Positions 15,315-27,200 of a stretch of 64,000 nt of DNA are shown here, piece by piece. The stretch is from Eledone cirrhosa (taxonomy: Eukaryota). The notes under the pieces are model-generated. The model saw only the letters and a list, made by a program, of their open reading frames with translations. It searched no databases and was not told where the DNA came from. The stretch is taken from assembly GCA_964016885.1 (NCBI GenBank), contig OZ024741.1, forward strand, positions 306,528,001-306,592,000, in the 5' to 3' direction. The first letter of the stretch is position 1, and every line of letters begins with the position of its first letter. The position numbers were made by a program, and so were the translations under genes.

Positions 15315-17160
15315 TGATAATCATCATCATTGTCATCATTTTTGCGTCTGCTTTTCTATGCTTGCATGGGTTGGATGGGTCCTTCTTAGCATGGCTTCTC
15401 TCCTCCTCGTCATCTCCTTTGCTAGTTTAGCGATTTGAGGTAATCCTCTACTGCAGCTTCCTTCCATTGGGATTTCCTGGTATTTATTCACCCAAGTGAA
15501 GGCATGTAGCTGAGTGGCTAGATAATTGGATTCACAATCTTGAGGTTGTGAGTTCGATTCCTGGACCGGGTGATGCGTTATGTCCTTGAGCAAGACACTT
15601 TATTTCATGTTGTTCCTTCTACCTGGAGTAACAACCGATAGATAGTACTAGCAACTGGAAAGACCAACAAAAACATTGTTTCCTCGTTTTGATTTAACGA
15701 AAGTCGATCAATCCTTTTATTCACCCATCGGTCATTGTCCCACAGTCATCTATCCTGCACACCAACTTGGATTCGTCTTAAACCCAGCTTCTCCCTCAGC
15801 TCATCCAAGCTCTGTCTTTCTCTCACACTTACATTGCACATCCAACGAAGCATGGTTGCTTCATTTCTCTCCAGTCTATGCATGTCCTCTGCAGTCACGG
15901 CCCATGTTTCACTACCATGCAACATTGTGCTCCACACATAGGCATCATATAGCCTTCCCTTTGTGAGTAGGGAGAAACCTTTTGTTGTCAACAGTGGGTG
16001 TATTTCTCTAAACTTCATCCATCCTCTCCTTATTCTAGCTATTATACTCTCAGAGCGCCTTCCTCCACTGCTAATTAGGTCACCTAGATAGCAGAAGCTA
16101 TCAACCACATCTATGGATCCTTCCTGTGACTGGAAAAGGTTTATATCATTGGTACTCTGCCTCTTGACTACTCCTGTCTATCTTTTACATGCAAAGTTCT
16201 CCCTTCCTGTTAGTCTTCTCATTATACCAATATCTTTTGTGTACCCAAGATTTACATTGTGTACAGTGTATTGGGGTTTATGCCGACTCCTTTTCTATAT
16301 ATTGAGCAGGGCCACTTCTCTGAGTGAATCTGGGTTCTATCTTCTCTCCTACTCACTAACATTTTCATTTGGCTAAGTTTACTCTCAGTCCTTTTGCTTT
16401 CAAATTCAGTTTAAATAATCAGAATTTACTTTCTAGTTCTTTTTTGGTTTCAGCTATAATGACCTAAGAATTAAACTTTGATGAACTCCTACCTGTACCT
16501 TGAATTCCTCACTAAACTCAATAACTCAATTCCTACTCTCACTTTTCTGACAGCTCCTCTGTACATAGCTTGCATTGCTCGCACAAGCCATTCTTCTACA
16601 CCTAATTTCTTTAAGGACCACCTGATAATAGATTGAGGTACTCTGTCAAAGGCCTTCTCTAGATCAACAAAAGCTAAATATAATGGCTTAATTTTGGCTA
16701 GGAACTTCTCTTGTAGTTGCCTCACTAAGAAGAGTGCATCTGTAGTACTTTTCCCAGGCATGAAACTAAACTGCATCTCATCTATTTTCCTAATTAGTTG
16801 CATTCTTTGGAAACTCCTATATGTTGATGATCTAGTCTTTATAGCTGAATCGGTGGAAGAATTAGAGGCAACATTCCAGAAGTGGAAGAAATTAACAAAG
16901 ACCAAAATCCTAATAAATAGGAAGGAGAACAGGAAGCTGCAACCATCAGGGGTGTTACTTTACTCAATGTGTTGAAAAGGGGTGGGCAGAAACTCAATAA
17001 CGTTCAGAGAGTAACCTATGGACACACAAGAAATGTAATAGGATAGCAGGGAAGATAACAAAGAATATTTTATCTATGATAGATGCACATGAGGAATAAG
17101 CAGTAAGAGCAAATGGGAAATAGATTTGCTCAATTGCAAGGGAAGCTCCCAATAAGTTGG
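15315..17160 (-). mobile_element. Fragmented RTE LINE(s), with a SINE head at ~15497-15620 and a plus-strand RTE piece at ~16800-17160
   Basis: ORFs 15746..16108, 16489..16905 ([12 protein letters not shown]) and 16694..16975 (LLYVDDL). Confidence 0.8.
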
Positions 17161-17174
17161 TGCATATATATGTA

Positions 17175-19230
17175 TATATACATCAAATAGTTGGTCCCAA
17201 GGTCAGGAAACACCAGAGTTGGTTTGATAAGAATTTTGAGGTTATATAGAAGCTATTGATTGAAAAACACCATCTCCATAAAGCCCACCTAAGTGGTGCT
17301 ACTTCCATCTCAAAGAAAAAAGCTTTTGATGGGAAGATATCTGAATTTCAGTAAAATCTACATAGCATGCAAGACTTAGTTAAATAAAAAAGGCTGATGA
17401 GATCCAAGCCTACGGTGGCAAACATGACTCAAACAAATTTTACAGGACACTCAATGAAATCTATAGTCCAACTTCATCTGCCTGATCTTTCTACTCAGCA
17501 TAGATGACAATACACTTATCACTGATAAGAAACTTATTCACAATTGCTGAGTAGAGCAATTTAACAATCTCTTAGGTAATCTCTCATCCATAAAGGAAGA
17601 AGTGATAGATAGACTACCCCTAGTTTTATTTTACTTGTCTCATGGACACCTCCCATCTGAGGATGAGGTCACTCAAGCCTTGAATTGTCTCACTGATGGG
17701 AAAGTTCCCAGTAAGGATTCCATCTCTGCAGGGATTCTCAAATCTGGCAATGTCAAGCTGTGAGAGAAATCAAAAGACCTTTTCCAAACTAAGAAAGAAT
17801 TCCCCAGGTCTTCAAAGATGCTTCTATGGTCCACCTGTACAAAAGAAAAAGAAATATCCAAGTCTATGACAATCACCGTGCTATCTCTCTACAGGAAAGG
17901 CTTTAGCCAGATTATTGCTCAACTAACTGGTTGGACATCTGAAGAAAGATTCTGTGCCAGTGTGGCTTTAGACCTGGTTGCAGCACAGTGGATATGATTT
18001 TTGTAACTTGTCAACTCCAAGAGAAGTGCCTTGAGCAAAATATGGACCTACACACCACTTTTGTGGATCTGACAAAAGTTTCAACATTTCAACACCATCT
18101 ATAAGGGAAGGTATATGGAACATCTTTGCTAAGTTTGGGTGTTCTGAAGTGTATATCTCAATAGTCAAGCATTTTCATGAAGGAATGTTTGCATGTGTAC
18201 AAAATGACTGCTTTTCCAAGTTACAGAGTACAACAGGGCTCAGTTTCAGCCCTTACATATTTCAGCATGATATTCTCTGCTATGCTTTCTGATGGTTACA
18301 GAGACACAAACATAGATGTAGGTGTCAGATGCAAATTTGCTGGAGACAGCATCTTCAATCTAAACAGACTCAAGAATAAGAGATATCTCAAAGAGGACAT
18401 GGCTCAAAATGTTTTGTTTGCTGATGATTGTGCTTATAATGCCAGTTTAGAAAGTCACATGCAAGCAAGCTTGGATTCATTTTCTCATGCCTGTGATTTG
18501 GTCTCACTATAAGCACCATCAAAACCAAAGTAATGCACCAAGCCACACCTGATATCTCCTTCAAAAACACATCATCACCATAACAGGACAAAAACTTGCA
18601 GCTGTTGACAAATTCAAATATCTAAGTAGCACTCTCTCTTAATCAATAAATAGTGATGAAGAAGTAGAGAACAAGATCTCCAGAGTCAGCTCTGTATTTA
18701 TCAGACTCAAGGAAAAAGCATGGAACAGGAAAGGCATCAGTATCAAAACTAAGTTAAAAGTCTACAAAGCTGTCATCCTTCCCTCTCTTCTGTATGGCAG
18801 TGAGACCTGAACAATATACAGTCGCTATGCCAAGAAGCTCAATGCATTCCACATGAGATGCTTCAGGAAAATTATGAAAGTTAAGCAAGAAGACAGAATT
18901 TCAAACAGAAGTGTTAGGAGAAGGTAGAATCTCTTTTCTTGTAAACTCCAAAAAGGAAAACATTCTCAGGGAAGACCATAGAAGCACTACAAAGAATCTG
19001 TGAAAGAAAGTCTGAAAAGCTGTGAACTTGCAGCTCATGATAGATCCCTTTGGAGGTCTCTTATTCACTCCAGGGTCAACAATTATGAATCAGAAGGCAC
19101 AGAGCAACAAAAATGGAAAAATGGAAAAAAAAAAAAAATTAGCCTGCAGGCCAGAATTTCCTGCCTTCATTGCCCTTAGCAAAGTGAACATTGGCTTAAC
19201 AAGCAATTGCTGCACACACAAATAAAACTC
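17175..19230 (+). mobile_element. BovB-type RTE LINE, decayed
   Basis: CGFRPGCSTVDMIF, FVDLTKVS, IFNLNRLK, LFADDCA, KFKYLSSTLS, LLYGSET remnants with frameshifts. Confidence 0.8.
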
Positions 19231-19384
19231 CATTATTTTCATTGCATTCCTTTTCATCTTACGTGCATGAGGAGATAATACTCATCTTCAGTAATAAAAC
19301 AGTAACATGAGATATATATATATATATAAGAAGGTGTTATAGTTTACTTGAAGCATTATGTAAAGTATAGAAAATTACATAAAT

Positions 19385-19650
19385 GTTGGACAGTAAATGT
19401 TAAAGATATAATAATGATATTGATGTGTTACATTAAAGTTCCTTATAGGTCCTTGTATTTAAAAATATAATCCCTCCAGCAAAAGATTAATAGACTAAAT
19501 TAGTTTGGAGCATCAAAAAAATATAGAAATCCAAACTATTTTTTTCTATCAATTTTTTGATGAAGGGATTTTTATCCCAAAATATAAGGACCTATAAAGA
19601 ATTGCAAGGTAACATCATTATCATATTTTTAACATTTACTGTCAAATACA
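19385..19650. mobile_element. Fold-back (palindromic) MITE-like element
   Basis: gacagtaaatgttaaa..ttataggtcctt is mirrored by aaggacctataa..tttaacatttactgtc. Confidence 0.6.
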
Positions 19651-19699
19651 CATTGTGGTAACTTTAAAAAACAACTATATATATATATGTAGTGTACAG

Positions 19700-19735
<36 letters not shown>

Positions 19736-20424
19736 AGTGTACAAAAAAATATATACATGTTCAGGTAATGTACAGAATAATATATATACATCATTACAGT
19801 TGGAGCCCCGATGGGGATCAGGAAATGACCACAGTTAAAAAAAGGTACTCAGTATAGTCATCTTTATTTTATAGAGAAATTTCTTCTCCAGGACTAGAAC
19901 TGTTTCATTTAGATGAAATCATCAGATCATCAGACATTCCTGAAGATTTCATATGAATGAAACAGTGCTGGTCTTGTAGAAGTAATTTCTCTATATATAT
20001 ATATATGTGTGTGTGTGTGTATGTGTATTTGTGTGAGTGTGTGTGTGTGACAGTGAGTAGGTGTATGTATATATATATGTGCATATATATGTATATATTT
20101 ATATATACGCATGTGTATATATATATATGTACATATATGTATAAACGTATATAAGTATATATATGCATGCGTATAGATGCATTTATATATATGTCATCAT
20201 CCTCATCATCATCATCACCATCACCATCACCTTCACCATCATCATCATCATTTAATTACTGTTTTCCCTGCGAGCAAAGGTTGGGCATGACTTCACAGAC
20301 CAAGTTAGTACTCATGTGGAGCTACTGATGTCTCAGATGAGGCGGGGGCCTGCAAATATATATATATACATATATATAAATGCCTTTGGTAGTGTACAGA
20401 ATAATATATTAATAAATTTTACTT

Positions 20425-20685
20425 GTCAGTAATAATTCATTATTTATCACTTTGGTCAACAAATTTAATCATAAAACTTTGTTTCTAATTTGAATCTAGT
20501 GCTTTCATCTTTAATGAGACATCAAAATATATATTCAGTTGCTGTTGAATGAATAATGTTGAATGAATAACAACTAAATATATATTTTTATAAGTCTCAT
20601 GAAAGATGAAAGTACTAGATTCAAATTATAAACATTACTTTTACATTTTTTTACCCAAGTGATAAACAGTGGCTTATTACATTTG
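20425..20685. mobile_element. Fold-back MITE-like element
   Basis: taatttgaatctagtgctttcatcttt is mirrored by aaagatgaaagtactagattcaaatta. Confidence 0.6.
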
Positions 20686-20729
20686 ATAATTATACTATAT
20701 ATATATGTGTATGTATATATACATGCATA

Positions 20730-20800
<71 letters not shown>

Positions 20801-20809
20801 GTATGTGTG

Positions 20810-21400
20810 TATTTATTGAAAATTAACCTAAAGTTAGAAGCTTCAACGCATGTGTTTTTTTTACTCTAAAAAATAGTCAAACAAATTTGGGTACAAAAGT
20901 CCTTGGACGGAAAAAAGTCAACAGTGTTGCCCACAGGACTCAAGCTCACATCTGTCATATGTTGGATGGCTGAGCTAACAAAAAGCTGATACCGTCACCT
21001 GTGGGACCCAAATTCACATCTGCTGTATGCCAGACAGTCGAACTAACATTGCTCCAAAGCTAGTCGGACAACATTTTCCGTTATTTTGTAGTCTTGTCAA
21101 TAACTCTAGGTTTATTTTCTGCTCAATGTTTCTAAAGATAGATCATTGTTTAAAATGTCTATAGTTGATTGATAAGACTTCAGAATAATGGATAATTTTG
21201 TCAGCCTAGCTTTGGAGCAATGGTAGTTCGACTGTCTGGCATACAGCAGATGTGGGTTTGGGTCCCACAGGTGGCGCTATCAGCTTTTTTCCACCCAGGG
21301 GCTTTTATACCCAATTTGCTAGACTATTTTTCATAGTAAAAAAAAACAAAACAAAAACGTGTGTTGAAGCTCTTAACTCTAGGTTAATTTCCAATAAATA
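20810..21400. mobile_element. ~590 bp palindromic MITE flanked by TA-rich microsatellites
   Basis: atttattgaaaattaacctaaagttagaagcttcaac at the left mirrors gttgaagctcttaactctaggttaatttccaataaat at the right; inner arms also pair (cacctgtgggacccaaa / tttgggtcccacaggtg). Confidence 0.8.
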
Positions 21401-21494
21401 CATATATATATATGCATGAATGTATATATATATGTATGCATGTATGTATGTATGTATATGCATGTATGTATAAATAAATATGTATCTGTGTATG

Positions 21495-21568
<74 letters not shown>

Positions 21569-22279
21569 CATGTATGTATAAATATATATGTATGTATCAC
21601 TCTCTCTCTAATCACACACAAACACAAACACAAATATAATGTATGTGCAACCCAAGTACACAGCTCACAAACATAAGATGGTGTAAGACAAAACAAAAGA
21701 GAGACACAAAATAACAACAAAAGTAGTCACTGAGGAGGTCACAGAATGCGTGTCAAAAGAGCTTTGACAACATCTGGTTATTAAGCTAACCAACTGGGAG
21801 TTTATAATGAATTGAAGTGAAATTCAACAGGTTTCTGTGTTGTTTTTATTGGCAGTATGACCCTCCCAAAGTATAACAATTTATATATGTATATATGCAC
21901 CATTTGAATTTATGAATCCCCACCCCACCCCCAGAATTCCAGAGGAATGATAATTTAGACTGAAATCTCAAGAAAACCATATAACCTCAAAGAAAACTTT
22001 ACAAATAATTAATTATTAGTGTCACAAAAGGTCTACTGACACAAAATGATTGCTCCACAATTTCTTTGTTTTTCAACTTTAAATACTTCCTCCTCCAAAC
22101 ATTAAACATACCACAGACAATCTGTACTCCCCTTACCATGTAGGCTTTGTATTGAAGCTAACCAGGTAATATGGGGGAATTATTAAGTTAAATTAAATCT
22201 AGGCTGAAATGTTGACATATACAGAGTGAATAACTATTAAAACATATTTGGTAGTTGGAATTCCATAGTGGATTATTAT

Positions 22280-22710
22280 AATAATTGTTTCTACTTTTGG
22301 CACAAGGCCAGCAATTATCCCACTGTATTACTGGTACTTTATTTTATCGACCCCGTAAGGATGAAAGGCAAAGTTAACCTTGGCAGGATTTGAACTCAGA
22401 CCATAAAGGGCTGTAACTCTTTGCTGCAAAGCATGGCGCCCGACTCTCTACTGATACTACCAATCCACCTTAATTGGATTATTATAATAATGATTTCTAG
22501 TATAGGCACAAGGCCAGTAATTTGGGGGAGGGGAAAGTCGTTTAAATCGACCCCAGTACGTTACTGGTGCTTTATTTTATCAACCCAGTAAGGATGAAAG
22601 GCAAAGTTAACCTCGGTGGGATCTGAACTCAGATCATAAAGGACCGTACCTCTATGCTGCAAAACATGGCGTCCGACCCTCTACCGATACTGCCAATCCA
22701 CTGCCCTTGG
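22280..22710 (-). mobile_element. tRNA-derived SINE copies (representative; usually several per unit)
   Basis: Minus strand: A-box ggcagtatcggtag, B-box gagttcaaatcc, core gcctttcatccttacggggtcgataaaataaagtacc, AT-rich tail. Confidence 0.8.
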
Positions 22711-22959
22711 ATTATTATAATAATGATATCTAATTAAGACACAAGACCACTAAATTTCGGGGAAAAGGCAAAGTACTGAATGAATCTCAATATTTGACTG
22801 ATTACTTTATTTCATCAACTCCAGGGGTATGAAACAGAAAGTTGCCCTAAGTGAAATGTAAACTCAGAACATATACCACAGTGGCATTTTATCTGATGTT
22901 CTATCAATTCTGTCAATCCACTACACTAATGATTATTATTATAATAGAATTTGAATTAA

Positions 22960-23166
22960 CCCTTTAGCATTTACATTACTCTACATCTATTAGTATATTT
23001 TCATGGTAAAGGCTTTACCTAACATAAAATCGAATCTACGAGATTTTGATATTATTTATTTTGAGAACAATAGCTTAACATAAGTCAAACTGCCAGTTAC
23101 AGCCGGTTTAAACAGAAAGAAGTGAGAGAATTCTGGCCGGACATGGCTGGTTTAAATGCTAAAGGG
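22960..23166. mobile_element. piggyBac-like MITE (TTAA target), present in most units
   Basis: TTAA|CCCTTTAGCATTTA ... TAAATGCTAAAGGG|TTAA. Confidence 0.8.
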
Positions 23167-23350
23167 TTAAACATACATATATTATAAGTATACCTTCACA
23201 TGTACAATAAATTGCCGAATGATGTGTTCTGCAGTCTCGCGCATAATTGAAATTGAATATTCTAAAGTTAAAATGTGTGATGGTGGTTACTGACATACAG
23301 GAAACTTGGCGAGGGACAAATTTTCCAAATCACCACATCCCATTGGTTAA

Positions 23351-23566
23351 CACTTTAGCATTTAAATTACTTTATATTTACTATTGCATTTTCATGGTAA
23401 ACACTTTATTTCACATAATTATCTCATAATATTAAATCTATGAGATTTTCATATTTATTTTGTGAACAATACCTTAACATCAGTATAAGTGTTCAGTTAT
23501 GGCCGGTTTGAACAGAAATACATAAGAGAATTCTGGCCGGATATGGCCAGTTTAAATGCTAAAGGG
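23351..23566. mobile_element. Second piggyBac-like MITE copy, found only in the two leftmost units (also ~26325-26540)
   Basis: TTAA-flanked with the same TIRs; other units show the empty site cattgtttaactaaac. Confidence 0.8.
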
Positions 23567-24048
23567 TTAACTAAACTCTTAACCACAAAAAGCATATGCA
23601 TACCTCCATTCCACTACAAAACCTAGGCAGTTGCTCAATCACTCAACATACACGCCTACCATTTCCTCATAAATATTACCCTCTACACTAATGCCATGAT
23701 AAAATACACTCGATACACTTTGTAAATTGTAGGAATGTACAGGATCAAGATGCAGCCCACTTGCAGTCTGTGAGAACAATGGCCCAATTATGTGCTGACA
23801 TGGTCTGTGATAACTCATCCAACCTATGCTAGCATGGAAAAGTGGATTTTAAATGACAATGATGACAGCAACACAAACTTGAGTTATCTTTTTCCTAGTT
23901 GTATATGAATACACTACTCAAACTTTTTTTCATTTACATACATACAAACACACACACACACTCCTATGAGTGTGTGTGTGTGTGTGTGTGTATGAGTATG
24001 TGTGTGTTTATATAATCTGAAAGTTAATAAAATAAAGTAAGGACTTAC

Positions 24049-24216
24049 CATTTGCAGTGGAACATAAGTTTTTCTGACAAGAAACTTTCCCCATCTTTGA
24101 GCAGCGACATTTATCACAGCCATTAACACTCAAGAATATTAAACCTGCTTTGTATATGACACCTTTGTATTCACATGTCACTCCATATACTGAGACTTTC
24201 ACAGAAGGCTTAATAA
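24049..24216 (-). CDS. Extended repeat exon: VIKPSVKVSVYGVTCEYKGVIYKAGLIFLSVNGCDKCRCSKMGKVSCQKNLCSTAN
   Basis: Poly-T tract + cgccag|TT acceptor, donor G|gtaagt, 168 nt; lies within ORF 24008..24253. Confidence 0.82.
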
Positions 24217-27200
24217 CTGGCGAAAAAAAAAAAAAAATGAGCCGGATTAACAAATCAAGGCTGTATTATATGGAAGGAAAGGAAAAGGACCTTAACTCCT
24301 ACTGGAGCACCCATCCCTCTTTAGGTATGAACACAGCTAATTTTGTTCAGAGAAGAGTGAGAGAAAGATAAGGAAATGTAGAAATATATTAAAATTGAGC
24401 CCAGTACTGGACTGGTACTTTATTTATCAACCACAAAGAATCCCTAAGGATGAAAGGCAAAGTTGAGCTTAATGGGATTTGAACACAGACCATAGTTAGT
24501 CAGAACAAATACCAGGATATTTAATCTGATGTTCTGACTCTGTTAAATCATGACCTTTGTATAATATGAAACAATGAAATTCTGCTATTGTCATACATTG
24601 ATCAAAAACAGAGTTTTCATCACAAAGGTAGCTAACTGTAAATTCAAACCATCTTCAACAATCAGAGCCAGTGCCTGTGAGTATCCTAGACTAGCTCTAG
24701 TACATGTGTCCCTTTCTCTTCATTATGCACCTCATTTTCACAAATAAACTAATTTCATACTACAGTTTAGTAAACTGATGGACTCAGAATTTGAACTGAA
24801 ATCTCAAGAAAACCATATAGCCTCAAAGAAAACTTTACAAATAATTAATTATTAGTGTCACGAATAGTCTACTGACACAAAATGATTGCTCCACAATTTT
24901 TTTGTTTTTCAACTTTAAATTTTTCCTCCTCCAAACATTAAGCATACCATAGACAATCTGTACTCCCCTTACTATGTAAGCCTTTGTATTGATGAAGCTA
25001 ACCAGGTAATATGGGGAAATTATTAAGTTAAATTAAATCTAGGCTGAAATGTTGATATATACAGAGTGAATGTCTATTAAAACATACTTGGTATTTGGAA
25101 TCCCATAGTGGATTATTATAATAATTGTTTCTACTTTTGGCACAAGGCCAGCAATTATCCCAGTGCATTACTGGTACTTTATTTTATCGACCCCGTAAGG
25201 ATGAAAGGCAAAGTTAACCTCGGCGGGATTTGAACTCAGATCGTAAAGGGACGTAACTATGCTGGAAAGCATGTCGGACCCTCTACCAATACTGCCAATT
25301 CACCGCCCTTATTATAATAATGATTTCTCGTATAGGCACAAGGCCAGTAATTTGGGGGGAGGGGAAAGTCGATTAAATCGACCCCAGTATGTTACTGGTG
25401 GTTTATTTTATCAACCCAGTAAGGATGAAAGGCAAAGTTAACCTTGGCAGGATCTGAACGCAGATCATGAAGGACGGTAACTCTATGCTGCAAAGCATGG
25501 TGTCAGGCCCTCTACCGATTCTGCTAATCCACCGCCCTTGGATTATTATAATAATTGTTTCTACTTTTGGCACAATGCCAGCAATTATCTCAGTACATTA
25601 TTGGTACTTTATTTTATCTTTAAGTTAACCTCAGCGGGATTTGAACTCAGACCGTAAAGGTAACTATGCTGGAAAGCATGGCGTTGAACCCTCTACCGAA
25701 TGATATCTAATTAAGACACAAGACCATTAAATTTCGGGGAACAAGCAAAGTACTGAATGAATCTCAATATTTGACTGATTACATTATTTCATCAACTCCA
25801 GGGGTATGAAACAGAAAGTTGACCTAAGTGAAATGTAAACTCAGAACATATACCACAGTGGCATTTTATCTGATGTTCTATCAATTCTGTCAATCCACTA
25901 CACTAATGATTATTATTATAATAGAATTTGAATTAACCCTTTAGCATTTACATTACTCTACATCTATTAGTATATTTTCATGGTAAAGGCTTTACCTAAC
26001 ATAAAATCGAATCTACAAGATTTTGATATTTATTTTGAGAACAATAGCTTAACATAAGTCAAACTGCCAGTTACAGCCGGTTTAAACAGAAAGAAGTGAG
26101 AGAATTCTGGCCGGACATGGCTGGTTTAAATGCTAAAGGGTTAAACATACATATATTATAAGTATACCTTCACATGTACAATAAATTGCCGAATGATGTG
26201 TTCTGCAGTCTCGCACATAATTGAAATTGAATATTCTAAAGTTAAAATGTGTGATGGTGGTTACTGACATACAGGAAACTTGGCGAGGGACAAATTTTCC
26301 AAATCACCACATCCCATTGGTTAACACTTTAGCATTTAAATTACTTTATATTTACTATTGCATTTTCATGGTAAACACTTTATTTCACATAATTATCTCA
26401 TAATATTAAATCTATGAGATTTTCATATTTATTTTGTGAACAATACCTTAACGTCAGTATAAGTGTTCAGTTATGGCCGGTTTGAACAGAAATACATAAG
26501 AGAATTCTGGCTGGATATGGCCAGTTTAAATGCTAAAGGGTTAACTAAACTCTTAACCACAAAAAGAATATGCATACCTCCATTCCACTACAAAATATAC
26601 ACAGTTGCTCAATCACTCAACATACACACCTACCATTTCCTCATAAATATTACCCTCTACACTAATGCCATGATAAAATACACTCGATACACTTTGTAAA
26701 TTGTAGGAATGTACAGGATCAAGATGCAGCCCACTTGCAGTCTGTGAGAACAATGGCCCAATTATGTGCTGACATGGTCTGTGATAACTCATCCAACCTA
26801 TGCTAGCATGGAAAAGTGGATTTTAAATGACAATGATGACAACAACACAAACTTGAGTTATCTTTTTCTTATATAAAAACACACACACTCCTATGAGTGT
26901 GTGTGTTTTTATATAATCTGAAATTTAATAAAATAAAGTATCGAATTACCATTTGCAGTGGAACATAAATTTTCCTGACAAGAAACTTTCCCCATCTTTG
27001 AGCAGCGACATTTATCACAGCCATTAACACTCCAGAATATTACACCCGCTTTGTATATGACACCTTTGTATTCACATGTCACTCCATATACTGAGATTTT
27101 CATAGGAGACTTAATAACTGCTGCAAGAAAAAAAAAAAAAAAATCAGCCGGATTAACAAATCAAGGCTGTATTATATGGTACACTCATCCCTCTTTAGGT

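Noticed and set aside
19905-21720. ORFs rich in YI/HT/CV (also 14445-14858 and poly-His 30203-30523)
   Set aside because: Translations of (TA)n, (CA)n and (GAT)n microsatellites.
23247-26699. Repeated plus-strand ORFs MKLNILKLKCVMVVTD..
   Set aside because: Non-ATG starts, frames not conserved across units, and they cross MITE boundaries; chance intronic ORFs.
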